Below, in pieces: positions 1-11,907 of a DNA stretch of 35,793 nt. The DNA comes from Jimgerdemannia flammicorona. Lineage: Eukaryota. The position numbers were made by a program, and so were the translations under genes. How positions within the stretch are numbered: position 1 is the stretch's first letter; every line of letters starts with the position of its first letter. The notes beneath the pieces were generated by a model. It was given only the letters and a program-made list of their open reading frames with translations, made no database searches and had not been told where the DNA came from. Location: contig RBNJ01000239.1 in NCBI GenBank assembly GCA_003990765.1, positions 1-35,793 of the forward strand. Direction: 5' to 3'.

Positions 1-181
1 GGATGATTATTCATCAAATTATTGATGTAAACATTTAATTGTCTAATTTGGAAATCAAAACAATGGTTGATTCGAATCCGATTCGAATCCGATTCGAATC
101 CGATTCGAATCCATCCGGATGGGATTCAATCCGAATCAATCCGAATCCAATCTGGATTAAATTGACTTGTTAGGAGCACTA
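1..181. mobile_element. Right end of hAT-like non-autonomous DNA transposon/MITE (continues left of window), inserted in Gypsy pol
   Basis: Ends ...TAGGAGCACTA, the reverse complement of the TAGTGCTC terminus of the MITEs at 18870, 19772, 19945 and 33238. Has subterminal GATTCGAATCC tandem repeats (69-112). Bases 1-24 resemble 20151-20174 of another MITE. The pol frame resumes at 183. Confidence 0.8.
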
Positions 182-182
182 G

Positions 183-746
183 GCAGCACCTCTCCGAGAT
201 ATCTCCAAGAAGGACCAACCATTCTACTGGAAAAAGGAACAACAAAAGTCATTCGACCTACTCAAGAAGGCCCTTACCGAAGCCCCTGTCCTGGTGTGAC
301 CAGACTTTGGCAAACCATTCATCCTGGCAACTGATGCCTCAGCCTTAGGACTTGGATCAATTCTGTCTCAGCAAGATGACCAGAAGAGGGAGCATGTTAT
401 CGAATATGCTAGCAAGGCCACAAATGAAATACAAGCGAACTATGGAGCCACTAAGTTGGAATGCCTAGCAGTAGTTTGGGCTATGGACCACTTCTGACAC
501 TATCTCTTGGGAAAGAGATTTGCCCTCATTACTGACCATCAAGCTCTACAATAGTTGTTCAACAAGCCAGAGCCCTCAGGAATCTTTGCTAGATGGATCA
601 TGTCTCTGCAAGAATATCAGTTCACTATTGTCTACAAGAAAGGTGCTAAGAATTCCAATGTCGATACCCTGTCAAGAATCCCATGAAACCAACAAGAAGG
701 GAAGGAGCCCCCACAAGAGAAGGCTGCTTCCTGCTCACCCAAATGA
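183..746 (+). pseudogene. pol: RT connection/RNase H domain of element A
   Basis: Frame from 183 reads AAPLRDISKKDQPFYWKKEQQKSFDLLKKALTEAPVLV*PDFGKPFILATDAS...KLECLAVVWAMDHF*HYLLGKRFALITDHQAL...NSNVDTLSRIP*...SPK*. Internal stops are CGA>TGA or TGG>TAG type. Confidence 0.93.
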
Positions 747-1961
747 ACCAAGAATTGCACCTCGCCCTCACCTGGAGTCTGCACCATAGAAGCTTCAAGA
801 AAGGAATCCAACCAGCCCACAAGTTGTTTATCCAAAGGAATTTCAAGAAATTCCAAGAAGGCAATGGTGAACTTTGGAGAGTAGAAGGAGAGCAGTATAC
901 TCGAGTTCCAAGAGAAGAAGAAATATTGAAGATCCTGACAACAAATCATGACCAAAATATACACCGAGGAATTGGTGCCACAATTGCAAGAATTAAGAAA
1001 CGATACTGGTGGCCCAAGATGAGAAAACAAATTTCAATGCACATTCAACAATGTGATACCTGCCAAAGATACCGACAAAAGCCTACCAACAGAGTACCAT
1101 AATACTGATCGCAGCACCAGCTGGAGTCTTTCAAAAACTAGGAATAGACATTATTGGACCTCTACCAGTAACCAGCTGAGGAAGATGCTACATCCTCACT
1201 ATCGAAGACCACCTGACAAAATGGCCCAAAGCCTTTGCCATCGAGACTGCTGATGCCCAGACAATTATTGGGATCCTGTATGATGAAATTTTCAGCGCCA
1301 TGGTGTGCCCAAGGAAATCATTACAGACCAAGGCTGAGAATTCGTCAACCAAGCCATGAAGACCTTTGCGAGCAACTTCAAGATTAAGCTATGACCAACA
1401 ACAACCTACCACCCACAGGCAAATGGACTCACTGAATGAATGAACCAGACCATCAAGCGAGGTCTCAGTAGAACCAGAGATCAACTAAACTGAGATATCT
1501 ACCTACCGGCAATTCTGTTCAACATCTGTACCTCTAAGGCAACCACTACCCAACAGACCCCCTTCTATTTGGTGTATGGCCAAGAAGCACAAGATCCTAC
1601 TGAACCAGTTCAGCTAGATCTGTCAAAACGAGTCACAGAAGAGATCACCCAGTTACATGACATACGCCAGCAAGTACGAGGATTTATCACCAAGGCACAA
1701 GAACGACAAAAGAGGTACTATGACCGCAAAGCCGACCTCGAATCCCTGCTCATTAGACAAAAGGTTCTGGTGTACTGTACCATCATAGAAGGAAATTGGA
1801 GTGCCAAGCTTGAACCAAAATGGGAAGGCCCCTATCTCATACACCAAGTATTCTCGAACCACACTTATCAACTCAAGACCTTGGATGGAGTTATACTCAA
1901 GACCAAGATACATCACAACCACATAAGACTCTACTACTCAAGAGAAGCAAAATGCATTTGA
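743..1961 (+). pseudogene. int: Integrase of element A (separate ORF; HHCC, DDE, GPY/F-type C-terminus, no chromodomain)
   Basis: Starts MNQEL. Motifs: HDQNIHRG...YWWPKM...CDTCQR; GIDIIGPLP; IITDQG; YHPQANGLTE; KLEPKWEGPY. Contains stops and frameshifts. Confidence 0.92.
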
Positions 1962-2569
1962 ACAATCCTGTTCACTCTGTCTGTGTTGTCTCCACTGGAG
2001 ATACGATGGACATTTCACTTGAAACTTAAGAAAGCCAACAACGTTGGAACCAGACTCAAGCCCATCCACATGACAGACATTGTTACTAAGAAATTACCTC
2101 AGATTACAAGTAATACTATTTCCAATGGGTTCGAACCCCCAGCCACGACTATGGGAGCCCTCGCCCTAGACAAGGATGGCCAGTCCTCACAAATGCACCA
2201 ACATTCTGCTTATCCCTGGAGTTAAGACCACCCAACTTTGTGTAACCCTCACCGCCGAGGACGGCTCTAATTTTGCAAGGGGCAGATGTGACATACACAA
2301 TTGACAATGGAGTACTGGTGACTGCTAAGATCAGACGATATAATGGCATGACAATCATAGACAGCCTGACCCATTAGGTGATCATCCCAAAAGAAGACAA
2401 GATGATCCGAGCCAAAATGAAGACCATATTATTTAAGGAACCATACTCCGCCTCAAGGGATCAACACCAAAGAACCAAGTACCCACCACACAATGCCTCC
2501 CATTTGCTGAACCAACCGGACCTCCCGCCACTCTACCCCTTTGCCTGGCCCAAAGATCCTGATCTTTGA
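1952..2569 (+). pseudogene. Unknown ORF between integrase and accessory ORF (about 205 codons, disrupted)
   Basis: ATG at 1952 overlaps the integrase stop (1959-1961). One frame continues to 2569, or to ~2638 if that TGA was CGA. Five internal TAA/TAG stops are explicable as C>T or G>A changes, and there is no frameshift. Confidence 0.55.
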
Positions 2570-3317
2570 AGCTATCAAGAAGGCCATCTGGCACTCAGAT
2601 ACTTCCGAACACTTGAACTTCTACACCGAGGACCTTAGACACTTCATCAACTACCAGTATATAATGACCCAACAGCTCAAAGATACTACTGAACAAATGA
2701 CCCTCTGGTATGACTATGAAATTGGACACCGCCTTTGCAATGAGACTCAAGAAGTCGACCAGGAAGACCTCATTGCCGAAATGTTAACCACTAGCTGGCT
2801 AATCAAGAGAGCCCTCCATGTCTATCAAATCTTCTGCCATATTCCCTGGGCTATAGCACACTTGCAAGGAGTAACAGCTGGCAGCCTCTCCCACCTTTCA
2901 ACTGAAGATGCTGACTGGATAGAATCTGAAGTAGCCAACGCTATTGGCAGCAACTGCATTGCCATAGGAAGCCAACAAACTGAACCTACTCAGCCAGGTT
3001 TCCACACTACCCCACTCCGAGACAACCATCAAGGTCACCTAATGAGTCTTATGGAGATATTTGAAGGACCGCCCATCACTATAGAGGCACCCGTTGGAGC
3101 TACCCCAACCACCCACCACCCCATTAGCCACAATTCACACCTCATCATTTGGAAATGGAATCAAGAAGAAGCCCAAGAAGTTCCTGTCTTTAAAGAGAAG
3201 GCCCAAGAACTCCAAGGCCCTGCCTCTGAAGAAACCCCCTCTGATACTGAAACTGATGAGTCTTCAGAAGAAGAAGAGGAGCAACAGAGAGTCTACCAGT
3301 CCTCTGTCTGCATTTAA
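2493..3317 (+). pseudogene. Accessory 'env-position' ORF of element A (unknown helical protein with acidic tail)
   Basis: ATG 2493 gives MPPIC*TNRTSRH..., open from 2511 to 3317. Homologous to the minus-strand ORF starting at 10641 and, in the VYQIF...AIAHLQGVT core, to 21070-21531 and 12388-12852. Confidence 0.8.
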
Positions 3318-3401
3318 GCTGTTCAAGGGTTGGAGAATGTTGTTGAAGATGACTGGCCACTTTTCTACCCCCTCACCTCTTGGCCAGCACTTCCCCCCTT
3401 T

Positions 3402-3410
3402 GAGGAGAGA
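3402..3410 (+). promoter_or_regulatory. Putative polypurine tract of element A
   Basis: GAGGAGAGA lies immediately before TATGAT (compare TGTGAT, the LTR start of elements D and E). It is preceded by a CTGGCCA...TGGCCAG inverted repeat. Confidence 0.5.
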
Positions 3411-4611
3411 TATGATAAAGAAGAAATCACAACCCAGCAAGATTTGCCTGCCATGGACGAAGGGTACTATTTCCTCTAGAGTACCGCCCATCAGCCATGA
3501 GAACCCAGCTTTTGTCAGCAAGTCCATTTCCAGCATTGCTACCCAGTACCACTATTTTCAGCATTTTGTCAGCAGGTCCGAATCCAGTGTTGCCACCCTC
3601 CACAACCGCTTCTGGCAACAATCATCATATCATGTCAGCTCATCTGAATCCAGTGTTGCCACCCTCCACAACCGCTTCTGGCAACTATCATCATATCATG
3701 TCAGCTCATCCGAATCCAGTGTTGCTATCCCCTACAACCCAATCTGTAGTAAACAATAGCCTGCACCTCGCATTATGCAAACCAATAGCATAAGTTCGCC
3801 ATAACGTAGTATACCTTAGCCTTAGTCATGCCCCCTCCTCCATAGCTAGCAAACTTGTATAAATAACCCATATTCTTAAAGTGAATAAACCTCAGCCAGA
3901 TAGTTTTACAGAGAAAACACACTGCCTCCAAGAGACTGGATAAATTCTGAGAACAAGATAACAACCTAGAGCAATGGATCGCTCGGAAGTTTGAGTTAAA
4001 GAATTTTCCCTTGCCACAGAAAGAAAACATTACCCGAGACCCAGCCAAGGATTCAAGACCACGACCACCGCGCATTTAGACTGCGCATTCGAGCGCCATT
4101 CGGGATTCAAGACCCCGGCAATACAGCTAAGGAACCCAAGGAACCCAAGTTACCCAGCCAAAGACCGACCCACTGTCAAAGATCTGAACGACTGCCAAAG
4201 ACCCAAGTTATCCTGCCCTCTCAAGCTATACAAGATGGACGAGCAAGCCATTGACCATTTTCCCGACCTACTGCACCACAAACTGCTTAAAGTCAAGACC
4301 GTCGCCCACTTTAATTGACCACATAAAGAGCAAGCCCATCGTCGCCGAATTTGCCACCAAGTTAATTGCCACCAGGAAACTTAGCCAGCATAATCGCCAC
4401 CCTTATCCACTAAACAATTGAGCCATTGACGTCCTGAGCCGCCATCATTGAACAATCGAAGTCCTGCTATTATCGCACATTTCGAACGACCCGATCATGT
4501 GACCATTGACCCATAACCATCGCGAACGCACTCACATCTATCGTGTGCTTCACCAAGTGGCACACATTGAGCTATGCAGTCAAAGTTCATTATACATAAC
4601 CAAACGCCACA
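3411..4611 (+). repeat. 3' LTR of element A (~1.2 kb; boundaries provisional)
   Basis: Termini T(A/G)TGAT...CCACA. Contains U3-like tandem repeats and the TATA/poly(A) core (3841-3895) shared with other LTRs. The partner LTR is not in the window. Confidence 0.6.
3567..3739 (+). repeat. 66-bp tandem repeat, ~2.5 copies (U3)
   Basis: GAATCCAGTGTTGC recurs at 3580, 3646 and 3712. Confidence 0.9.
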
Positions 4612-5467
4612 TTATATATCTTCTTCCATTCTTGTGAGCTCAAAGTATTGATCTAACTAGAAGATTCATACATCTGTAGATAGTCCTTCTCAATGACTAT
4701 CAAAGATATCTGACTTGAGTGGCTTAAAACTAACTAGTGCTACAGTGGAATATGATATACTTACAGTTTTTGTTTTCTATTATTCTAGTTATACTTGAAG
4801 TTCTTGAATTTGGTGGGCCATAGTGGTGATCATTTCCTCTATACCAACTTATAGTCCTCTTACTTCTTCTGTAGCAGAGGGGTCTGGCTAGTAGGCTGAC
4901 TCTTCATAGCTCATTTTAGATTTGTGTAACTGATTGTAGCTGGTTTCTAAATTTTGTATAAGGTTTCTTAATAAGACAAGGTATAATAATACTACTGCTA
5001 CTAAGTGTAATGGTTCTAGTTTCTTTAAGAGGAAGCAGCTTAATCTTAAAGTTCTAGTTGGCCTAAAATAGCTCAAAGAGATACTTAAGTTCAAGTATTC
5101 TTAAAGGATTTCTGAGAGAAAATATTCTGAGCTTTATTCAGGCAGAGAATAAGGATATTTATATATGATCTAAAAGAAAGATCTGGAAGGATCTTGGAAA
5201 GAAAGAGAAATGCCAAGAAATAGGTTCTCAGCAAAGCTGACTAATACTGTTCTATAATGTTTCAAAAGGTTCTATAACTAGCTAAGACAAGATACTTGAT
5301 ACCAAGAAAAGACAAGAATGTTCTAGTGGTGTTTGGGTACTAAGAAAAGGTTTCTAAGCAAGTAGAAGATAGTGGAACATAGTAGAATGTTCAAGAAATG
5401 ATAAGAAAAGACTAACTAAAAGACATGAAAATGTACTAAGACTAAATGTAACTGTGAAATTATTATA
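4612..5467 (-). repeat. Degenerate LTR-like sequence (element H)
   Basis: Minus-strand TATATAAATA and AATAAA (5132-5165) are spaced as in the LTR at 8519-9078. Short U3-like repeats at 5210-5400. It abruptly truncates the adjacent LINE. Confidence 0.5.
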
Positions 5468-5468
5468 A

Positions 5469-7800
5469 CCCCCATTAGTTCTATCTATCCTTCTATCATA
5501 TATTATGTTAAAGTCTCCCCCTAGACAATCAATCCCTACCTCTACCAATACTCCAGACTCTTGTAGTCCTTGGATTCATTTCACTCTCTCCTCCCTTTCT
5601 GCCAGACAATAATATGACTCAACTGTCAAAGACCTCTAGCCCAGCCTCCTCCAAACTCTCCACACTACTCTACTTCTCCAATGTCCAATATTGCCAATGT
5701 CTCCTTTACTCTTCCTAATCAGAATGCCTACACATCCTCTCTAAATAGCCATGCCCCTCTATTTCTTTGTCCAATCCTGACCATCTAAGTCTCTATCACA
5801 CCTAATATCCTACAGTAAGAACAAGTTGGTATCTATTCTCTTCAGCTATCTAAAAATATTCTATCACCTCACTGCTCCTTATAGCTTATTGACATTCTGA
5901 GATAAGATTCTAGTTATATATACTATTCATAATGAAAAATGTTTTTTGAAGTATAGTCATCTACTCTACAATTCCATACTTACTTCATCTCTAGTAATAT
6001 CTATAATCTTCTCTGCCTTCAGTTCATCTGTCTCTCCCTATTAAGTCTCTAATACCTCCAAGATCTCCTGACAATCTACACCATCCACAGCCTCTATCTC
6101 TGTATAGTACTCCTTATATACTATCTGCCACTTTGCCAATCTTTTTCTTAGGCCCTACATATAAGTGACTTTGTTATTCATAATTATCTATAGTACTATC
6201 TCTCTGGTATCATTTACCTGATAAGTCTCAGCCTCCAACAATGCCATCATTATCTCATCTCTAGGTTTCTGCAGCATCTTCTCCCTATATAAGATTTCAC
6301 CCCAGTATCTCTCACTCAGTATCCTGAAATCTTCTCCTCCCAGCTCCTCAGCCACTATATTCTCCAGTATCTTCCATAGCTATTTCTCCTCAAATTTGGC
6401 CTCTGCCACTCTCTGAACCACTCCCATCCCCCCTTCTACCTGCCCCCTCTCTGCATTCCTCCTTGCTGACTTATCTTAGTCCTTCTATAGAATATCTTAC
6501 AATTTATCATCAACTCTAGCCCCATCTAGTACTCCATACTAAGGGCCCTCCCTCTCTGCTATCTCCACATCCTCCACAACAATACTCAGTCCTACACTCT
6601 CCTCCCTCCTGGAGTCTCCTCTGGTGCCACCTTCTTCTCTTCTGTCCAGGTACTTATCTTTAATCCAGCCATATCAGTGGTATTCCCCCCAGCTGCCCCC
6701 CCTTCCAACTTAGCCAGTAGCTCCTTCTGAATATACCTCTCCTGTATTCTCTCCCAGGCTGCTTAATCCAGCTGCACCTTCTTGCTATTAACAATCTTCA
6801 CAACTATCTTGGCCTCATACTTCTTCCAGACCAATCTCCTCCTTTCAACAGCTCCAATCAGATCCTCTAATATCTCTAGCAGATTCTCTTCTTCCTTCAG
6901 TGTCCCTTTCACTCATGAGACCTTGCACTCCACAGGTCCTTACTTAAGAACTGCTGACTAGTTCCTTGCCTTTCCTATATTCTTCTTGCCTGTCAGCTAT
7001 ACTCTGATGTCCACATCTCCTATTCTGAACTCAGTACCTTCCCAGACCTAGAACCCTATATCTATAATCTCTCTATACTCCTTGATAGCCTCTACAATCA
7101 ATCTCTTAGCTATCTCCTTTGATACTATAGAAATATCCAGTACTATTAGTTGCACTATTTGGGAATCCCAGTACAAGTACTGAGATATAGAGATCACTAC
7201 TCCCCCCACTATCACTCTCTTCTTCATTATCTCCAGCAGTACCTCTTTCTTCTCAAAGTCTATCTCCACTCCTTCCAGACCTTTCAAAAACTTCACTGAT
7301 GTAACTCCCTTTACCTTCTAGACCAGAAGCCTCAGAATCATCCTCACCATTACCACTAAGCCTCTGAAATACAATGTATTAGTAAATTTCAACCTCAATT
7401 TCTTGAGTAACAGTACTGCCACTAGGTCTGTCACACTATCTACCAGATCCCCAGGCCTCTTGCCCACCCCCTGCCCAGCTCCACCATCAACTGTCATATC
7501 TGGATTTTTTTCCAGATTAGCAGTCTCCTTGCTATCAGCAGTTCCACTCCTCCCAGCTACTACTCTCCAGCCCTACTGCCCTTACTACCATGGGCTTCTC
7601 TCCCAGTATCTATAGTCCTTGCTATCTCCTTGCTCTTCTTCAGCTAGCCCTCCAGTCCTATTGTCAGTCAACCACTCTTTATCTTGTCTATGAAGCTCAT
7701 CCTCTCAGTCTCCTATCCCCTAGTACTGCTCTCTCCTCTTCCATATCCTCTTATCAGTAAGCCCCTCATACTTTCTCCCAAACCATGACTTCTCCCCATA
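5469..7800 (-). mobile_element. Degenerate L1/Tx1-like LINE (ORF1 and start of ORF2 endonuclease), truncated
   Basis: Colinear with 28150-30605. Peptides KFLKGLEGVEIDFE (ORF1) and LGGDFN (APE endonuclease). ORF2 ATG at ~5930. Confidence 0.88.
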
Positions 7801-8397
7801 TACTACCAGTTGAATGCACTAAAGCTGCCCTGCTCTGGCTTTGATGGCTCTATCTTAATACCAGTTATTCTTTCTATTGAGTATTCAGCTGGATGTCTGG
7901 TAGTCCAATATCTCTATATAAAGACCACTTTCTGATCAAGGGTTAGAGTAGCTGGAGTAGATCAAATTACTAGGGTGATTTTATAGTAGACTCCTTTTAG
8001 GAAGATTGAATCAACTATTTATTCCTTGAGAGCATTATTATAGTTAGCCAAGACAATCTGATGGTAGATTTGGGTGTAGAATGAGTTGGAGTCTTCATTG
8101 AGTCCTTAGCAGATAGTGTTGAGTTGATCTTTGAGAGCTTGTTTGATCTCTTCAGTATATGTAGTATATAGTTCTGAGAAAGTTCTTTATATTGATAAGT
8201 TTGGCTACACTAGTATTAGCAATGGTGACTGTATTGAACTTGTCTCTGGTAGATTCTCTGAGGCTAACTGGTAGAAGGGCCAATTATACTTCTACAGTAA
8301 GAGCTTATATAGTGGCAAATTGTTCAAAGTCTTCAATGAAGGTCAGGATTGACTCTTCAGTGGTAAATTCATAGAATGTAGAGAGATGTATTTCTAT
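7801..8397 (-). pseudogene. gag: gag N-terminal part of Gypsy element C
   Basis: Reads (M)EIHLSTFYEFTTEESILTFIEDFEQFAT..., homologous to MDIRPPVFYGYTSDESIITFIDDFEQY at 32603. Confidence 0.85.
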
Positions 8398-8497
8398 CTT
8401 GTCTTGAATTCTTGCAGAGAGTAACTCTTATAGTCAGGATAGTTATTATAGTGGTTGTTCATTTTTCAACTTGAAAGTGAGAAATCCTAATGATATT

Positions 8498-8515
8498 ATC
8501 AGCTAATGAGCACCA
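8498..8515 (-). promoter_or_regulatory. Primer-binding site of element C
   Basis: LTR end ...TGTGACA + ACT + TGGTGCTCATTAG, the same arrangement as in elements D, E and F. The tRNA identity was not determined. Confidence 0.75.
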
Positions 8516-8518
8516 AGT

Positions 8519-9078
8519 TGTCACATAGTGGGTGCTAAGTTCTTCAAGTATATCAGATTCTCTTCAAGGTATATCTCTTAGACCAACTATAAGTTTCTTA
8601 TAAGCAAGTTCTATTGGAGTGCCTTCCTAAGATCTTATAGTCTTCAAACTTCTTATTTTTAAACTATTCTGTTATCTTCTGGATTCACTTGCTTAGAATT
8701 GAGTAGAGGACTGAAACTTCTATACTTCTTGAGTAGTTGTGGACTTGAGTGTTTGAGTATTTTTAATACTTAACTACTGACTTTATTTCAAAGAAATGAG
8801 AGAGGTATTTATATAAAATATAATTCAATGGTTGCTAAGTTATAAAACTAAATATAAATTCCAATAACTAAATAAATAAGATATATACTTAAACACAGAA
8901 AACTTCAGATTATAAGTACAAATTCAAGTATCTGTACAATTGGTTGTATAAGATCAGAATACTGGAATAATTTCTGACAGTTATGTAAGATCAGAGTGCT
9001 AGAAGAATTTCAACAGTTATACAAAGAACTCAGAGCAGAATATTCAGAATCCTGGGGACTTCATCTTTATTACTGTCA
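8519..9078 (-). repeat. 5' LTR of element C
   Basis: TG...CA termini, TATA box and AATAAA at ~8790-8817, ~37-bp U3 repeats at 8940-9035, followed by PBS and gag. Confidence 0.75.
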
Positions 9079-9229
9079 TTAAGACTAAAGGTTAGAATAT
9101 CTTTAAAGGAAATGAGATCAGCCAATGTTTTTTTTATTTTATATATTTCATATATATCATATATTTTATATATATCATGTGTTTCACATACTTTGTATAT
9201 ATTAATTAGCAGGATGATATCATTATATT

Positions 9230-10641
9230 CAGCAGTAGTGGAGGGAGTAAGGAGATCAGAGACTCTCTAATCTATGACATTTTCCTCCACAAAGTAGGAA
9301 ACAAAGGTGGGATTCTGAGAGGGTTGAATCTAGATACTAGGGCCTTGGAATATCAAGATTAATCCTTATAGAAATTGATCTGAGTTGTTCTTGAGAATGG
9401 GATTCCAGAACTCTTCTATCTTATCACTTCTGAGAATGATGGTGGATTGGACTTCTATGGTCACTATGGCCTCCAGTACATCTATATAGTGGGCTGATAA
9501 TTTCTTAAAGTCTGAGACTCTGGTATACTTCAAGTTGATGATTTTTTTTTTTTTTTCACTTGGACTTCCTTCCTTTATTATGCCCATCTATCCTATATAA
9601 ATACAGTGATCTCTTCTACTATCCAATCCCCCTAGGGGGGCCCCTCCCCCCTACCCCTTCTCAATGAAAGGCCACTTTGTCTAACACAATCTCCACCCTC
9701 CCTCCACTCTGTACACAGATCCTTGCCACCAAACTGCAATGTTGCCCATCCTGAGGACCCCAACCCACCCACCATCTAGTCAACAGATCCTCCAACAGCT
9801 CCTTCCACTGGGAAATCTTCTCCCACAGCCCCATCTATCACCCCTCCTCAAATACAAAAAGCCAATGTCCCACCAGTCCCACCCACACTACCAACACCCA
9901 CCCTACAGTGAGCCAGCTATCCCCCACCCCACCTACTAGCCAAGACCTCAAGTCCTCCCAGCGACCTCTCACACCTGCCAGCCTCTGTCCCACATCTAAT
10001 CTATCTCCTATTTCTACCCAAAAGTCTCCCAAGACCTCACACTCTCCCAGCCAATGTTCTGGCATCTGCACAATTCTCCCTGCTTGCCCTACATTATAAC
10101 ACTCCTCACAATCATAATGGCCACTCTCTACCAGATACCCAGTGCAAAAGTTTAACATAACATTCCTTTATAGCATTTGCCACCATATCACCCAGAACTT
10201 GGGAGAAAGCCACCTCTGCACCTCAGCACTCCAAGACCAGATACCTGCCCAGTCCCACTCCTTGCCAATCCCCTTCAAGTTGAGAATTGACCAAGGTATA
10301 TACCTAAAGACCTAATGGACCTTTTAGCTACTCTCAATTCACATATCTCTATAAGAGTAGCATCTTATATCTCTTGGGGACTAGTCTGAGAGAATTCCTG
10401 ATAGAAGAGATTTTTTATTTTGTATTCTTGCCATATCTAGAGATATTTGATAGTAATAGTGATCCTTGTTTCCATTTCATAGTAATAGAGAATAAAGTAA
10501 TAAGAGTCACCAGTACTTAGATTGAGACTAAGAGTTCTTTTAGTATAATCTTATAGCTCTTCTGATATCTTGAAACATCCTTTCTTAAACTAAGAAGCCT
10601 TGATGGTTCCTGGATCTTGAGGTTTGGCAGATAGCAGACAT
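9230..10641 (-). pseudogene. Accessory ORF of a further degenerate Gypsy-related element G, split by a LINE fragment (3' end approximate)
   Basis: Reads MSAICQTSRSRNHQ...MFQDIRRAI...LNLSTGDSYYFILYYYEM...IWQEYKI...VH*VFRYIPWSILNLKYTRVSDFKKLS after removing 9544-10272 and allowing frameshifts. Aligns to 2493-3317. Confidence 0.75.
9544..10272 (-). mobile_element. 5'-truncated LINE copy (ORF2 C-terminus, 3' UTR, poly(A))
   Basis: Poly-T at 9542-9556 with TTTATT signal. Homologous to 24880-25620. TSD CTTCAAGTTGATGATT (9528-9543) / CTTCAAGTTGAGAATT (10273-10288). Confidence 0.92.
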
Positions 10642-11178
10642 TTTATTTATAGTGAATCTTTGAACTATTTTAGGATTTTGTGAGTTTTGTTTGAGTTGCT
10701 GCTGCTGCAGTTCTTAGTCCTTCTTTTATATTTCTTGAGATATCTATCTTATAGTTATGATGACTCATAGTTAGTCATCATTGCTCATCTTATAGTCTGG
10801 GTGAGTCATACTATATGATCTTCTTATACTCTAATCTGGTAGCTTATAAGAAAAGACTGTCTTCTGTGATAATGTCATCATTCTGAGGTCACCATTATAC
10901 TATATAAATATAGTAACTAATTCTAATCTCTTTAATAGTAAATTAAAATTATTTTTAACTACTATATATATTTAAGTCTGAACTAAGAATAACTAAAATA
11001 AAAAATAATAATAATTATAGAAAAATATTTAGTAACAAAAAACTTCTTTTAAAAGATATGAGTAAGTATAAGCTAAGAAATAAAATCTATTTCAATTTAA
11101 AAAGTTATTAAAATATATTAAAGATTTTTTAATATAATAAGAATTATATAGGCTATACTAATATATTTAAATATATAT

Positions 11179-11573
11179 TATAATAGTTAATCTGAATTAG
11201 AAACAAGGATCAGAAGAATAAATATTTAATTATAGTATCTAAATCAAATTTTCAAAATATAGTAGCAGTTATCTAATCTTACAGATATAAGAATCTTATA
11301 GTTATAAAAGATAACTTATAGGAAAAAAAGTTCTAACTTAGCCACTATATAGCTAATAAACTTATATAAATATTTCCAATATTTAGAGTGAATAAATCTC
11401 AGATTAAAAAGAGTTTGAGCCTTACTTTAGTAGTCTGATAATAAGATCAGATAAATATTATCTATAATTGACTCTGAGAAGTCAAGTAGATTATAAATAC
11501 TACTAACTCTAAGAGTTAAGAAGAGATATAGAAATTTACTATACTTTTTAAATTATATATCTACTATATTATA
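11179..11573 (+). repeat. 5' LTR of element F (followed by PBS 11577-11594)
   Basis: Starts TATAATAGTTAATCTG (from TGTGATAGTTGATCTG), carries the shared TATA/AATAAA core, and ends ...ATTATA + ACT + TAGTATCTATTAACTGG. Confidence 0.8.
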
Positions 11574-11907
11574 ACTTAGTATCTATTAACTGGTAATTTA
11601 AGTTAAATCTCTTACTTTTTAGCTAAATAATAAATAACTACCACTTAACTACTATCTAAACTATCTGTCTACTATCTATAATATATGAGCTCAAACCTAT
11701 TACTTATAAGTTTACAAAAAGACTATCTTATAATATATAGTTTGTCTAATTTCCTTAAAGTTTTATAATATATAATTTGCTTTCAAAATATAATTATTAA
11801 TATTCTAAATATTATATAATTTTTTTATTTGAATTATTTAAGTTATCTAAATTATTTGCTATTAAAACTATACTCATTAAGTCTAGAAGCTATTCTATAA
11901 CATATAT

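Larger units (their letters stand above)
182..4611 (+). mobile_element. Ty3/Gypsy LTR retrotransposon A, 3' part (RNaseH, integrase, two extra ORFs, PPT, 3' LTR)
   Basis: Domain order RH then IN is the Ty3/Gypsy order. A purine tract at 3402-3410 is followed by an LTR-like region ending ...CCACA at 4611. Confidence 0.9.

Noticed and set aside
69..160. GATTCGAATCC repeats resembling tRNA T-loop/B-box motifs
   Set aside because: No cloverleaf. They are subterminal repeats adjacent to a MITE TIR.
683..742. ORF-track start of integrase at 683
   Set aside because: Homology to MNKEL in D/E places the start at 743. The TGA at 684 is probably a mutated CGA.
2493..3317. Calling the accessory ORF an envelope gene
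   Set aside because: No signal peptide, furin site or transmembrane anchor is visible.
3567..3739. Regularly spaced repeats that could suggest a CRISPR array or repeat protein (ORFs 3094-3759, 3497-3793)
   Set aside because: These are whole-unit 66-bp tandem duplications without unique spacers, located in a eukaryotic LTR. The ORFs are by-products.
4810..4832. TGGTGGGCC as a plus-strand primer-binding site
   Set aside because: It is not preceded by an LTR CA end and the neighbouring promoter signals point to the minus strand.
10896..11178. Very AT-rich segment between elements G and F
   Set aside because: Too degraded to assign; no termini or ORF recognisable.
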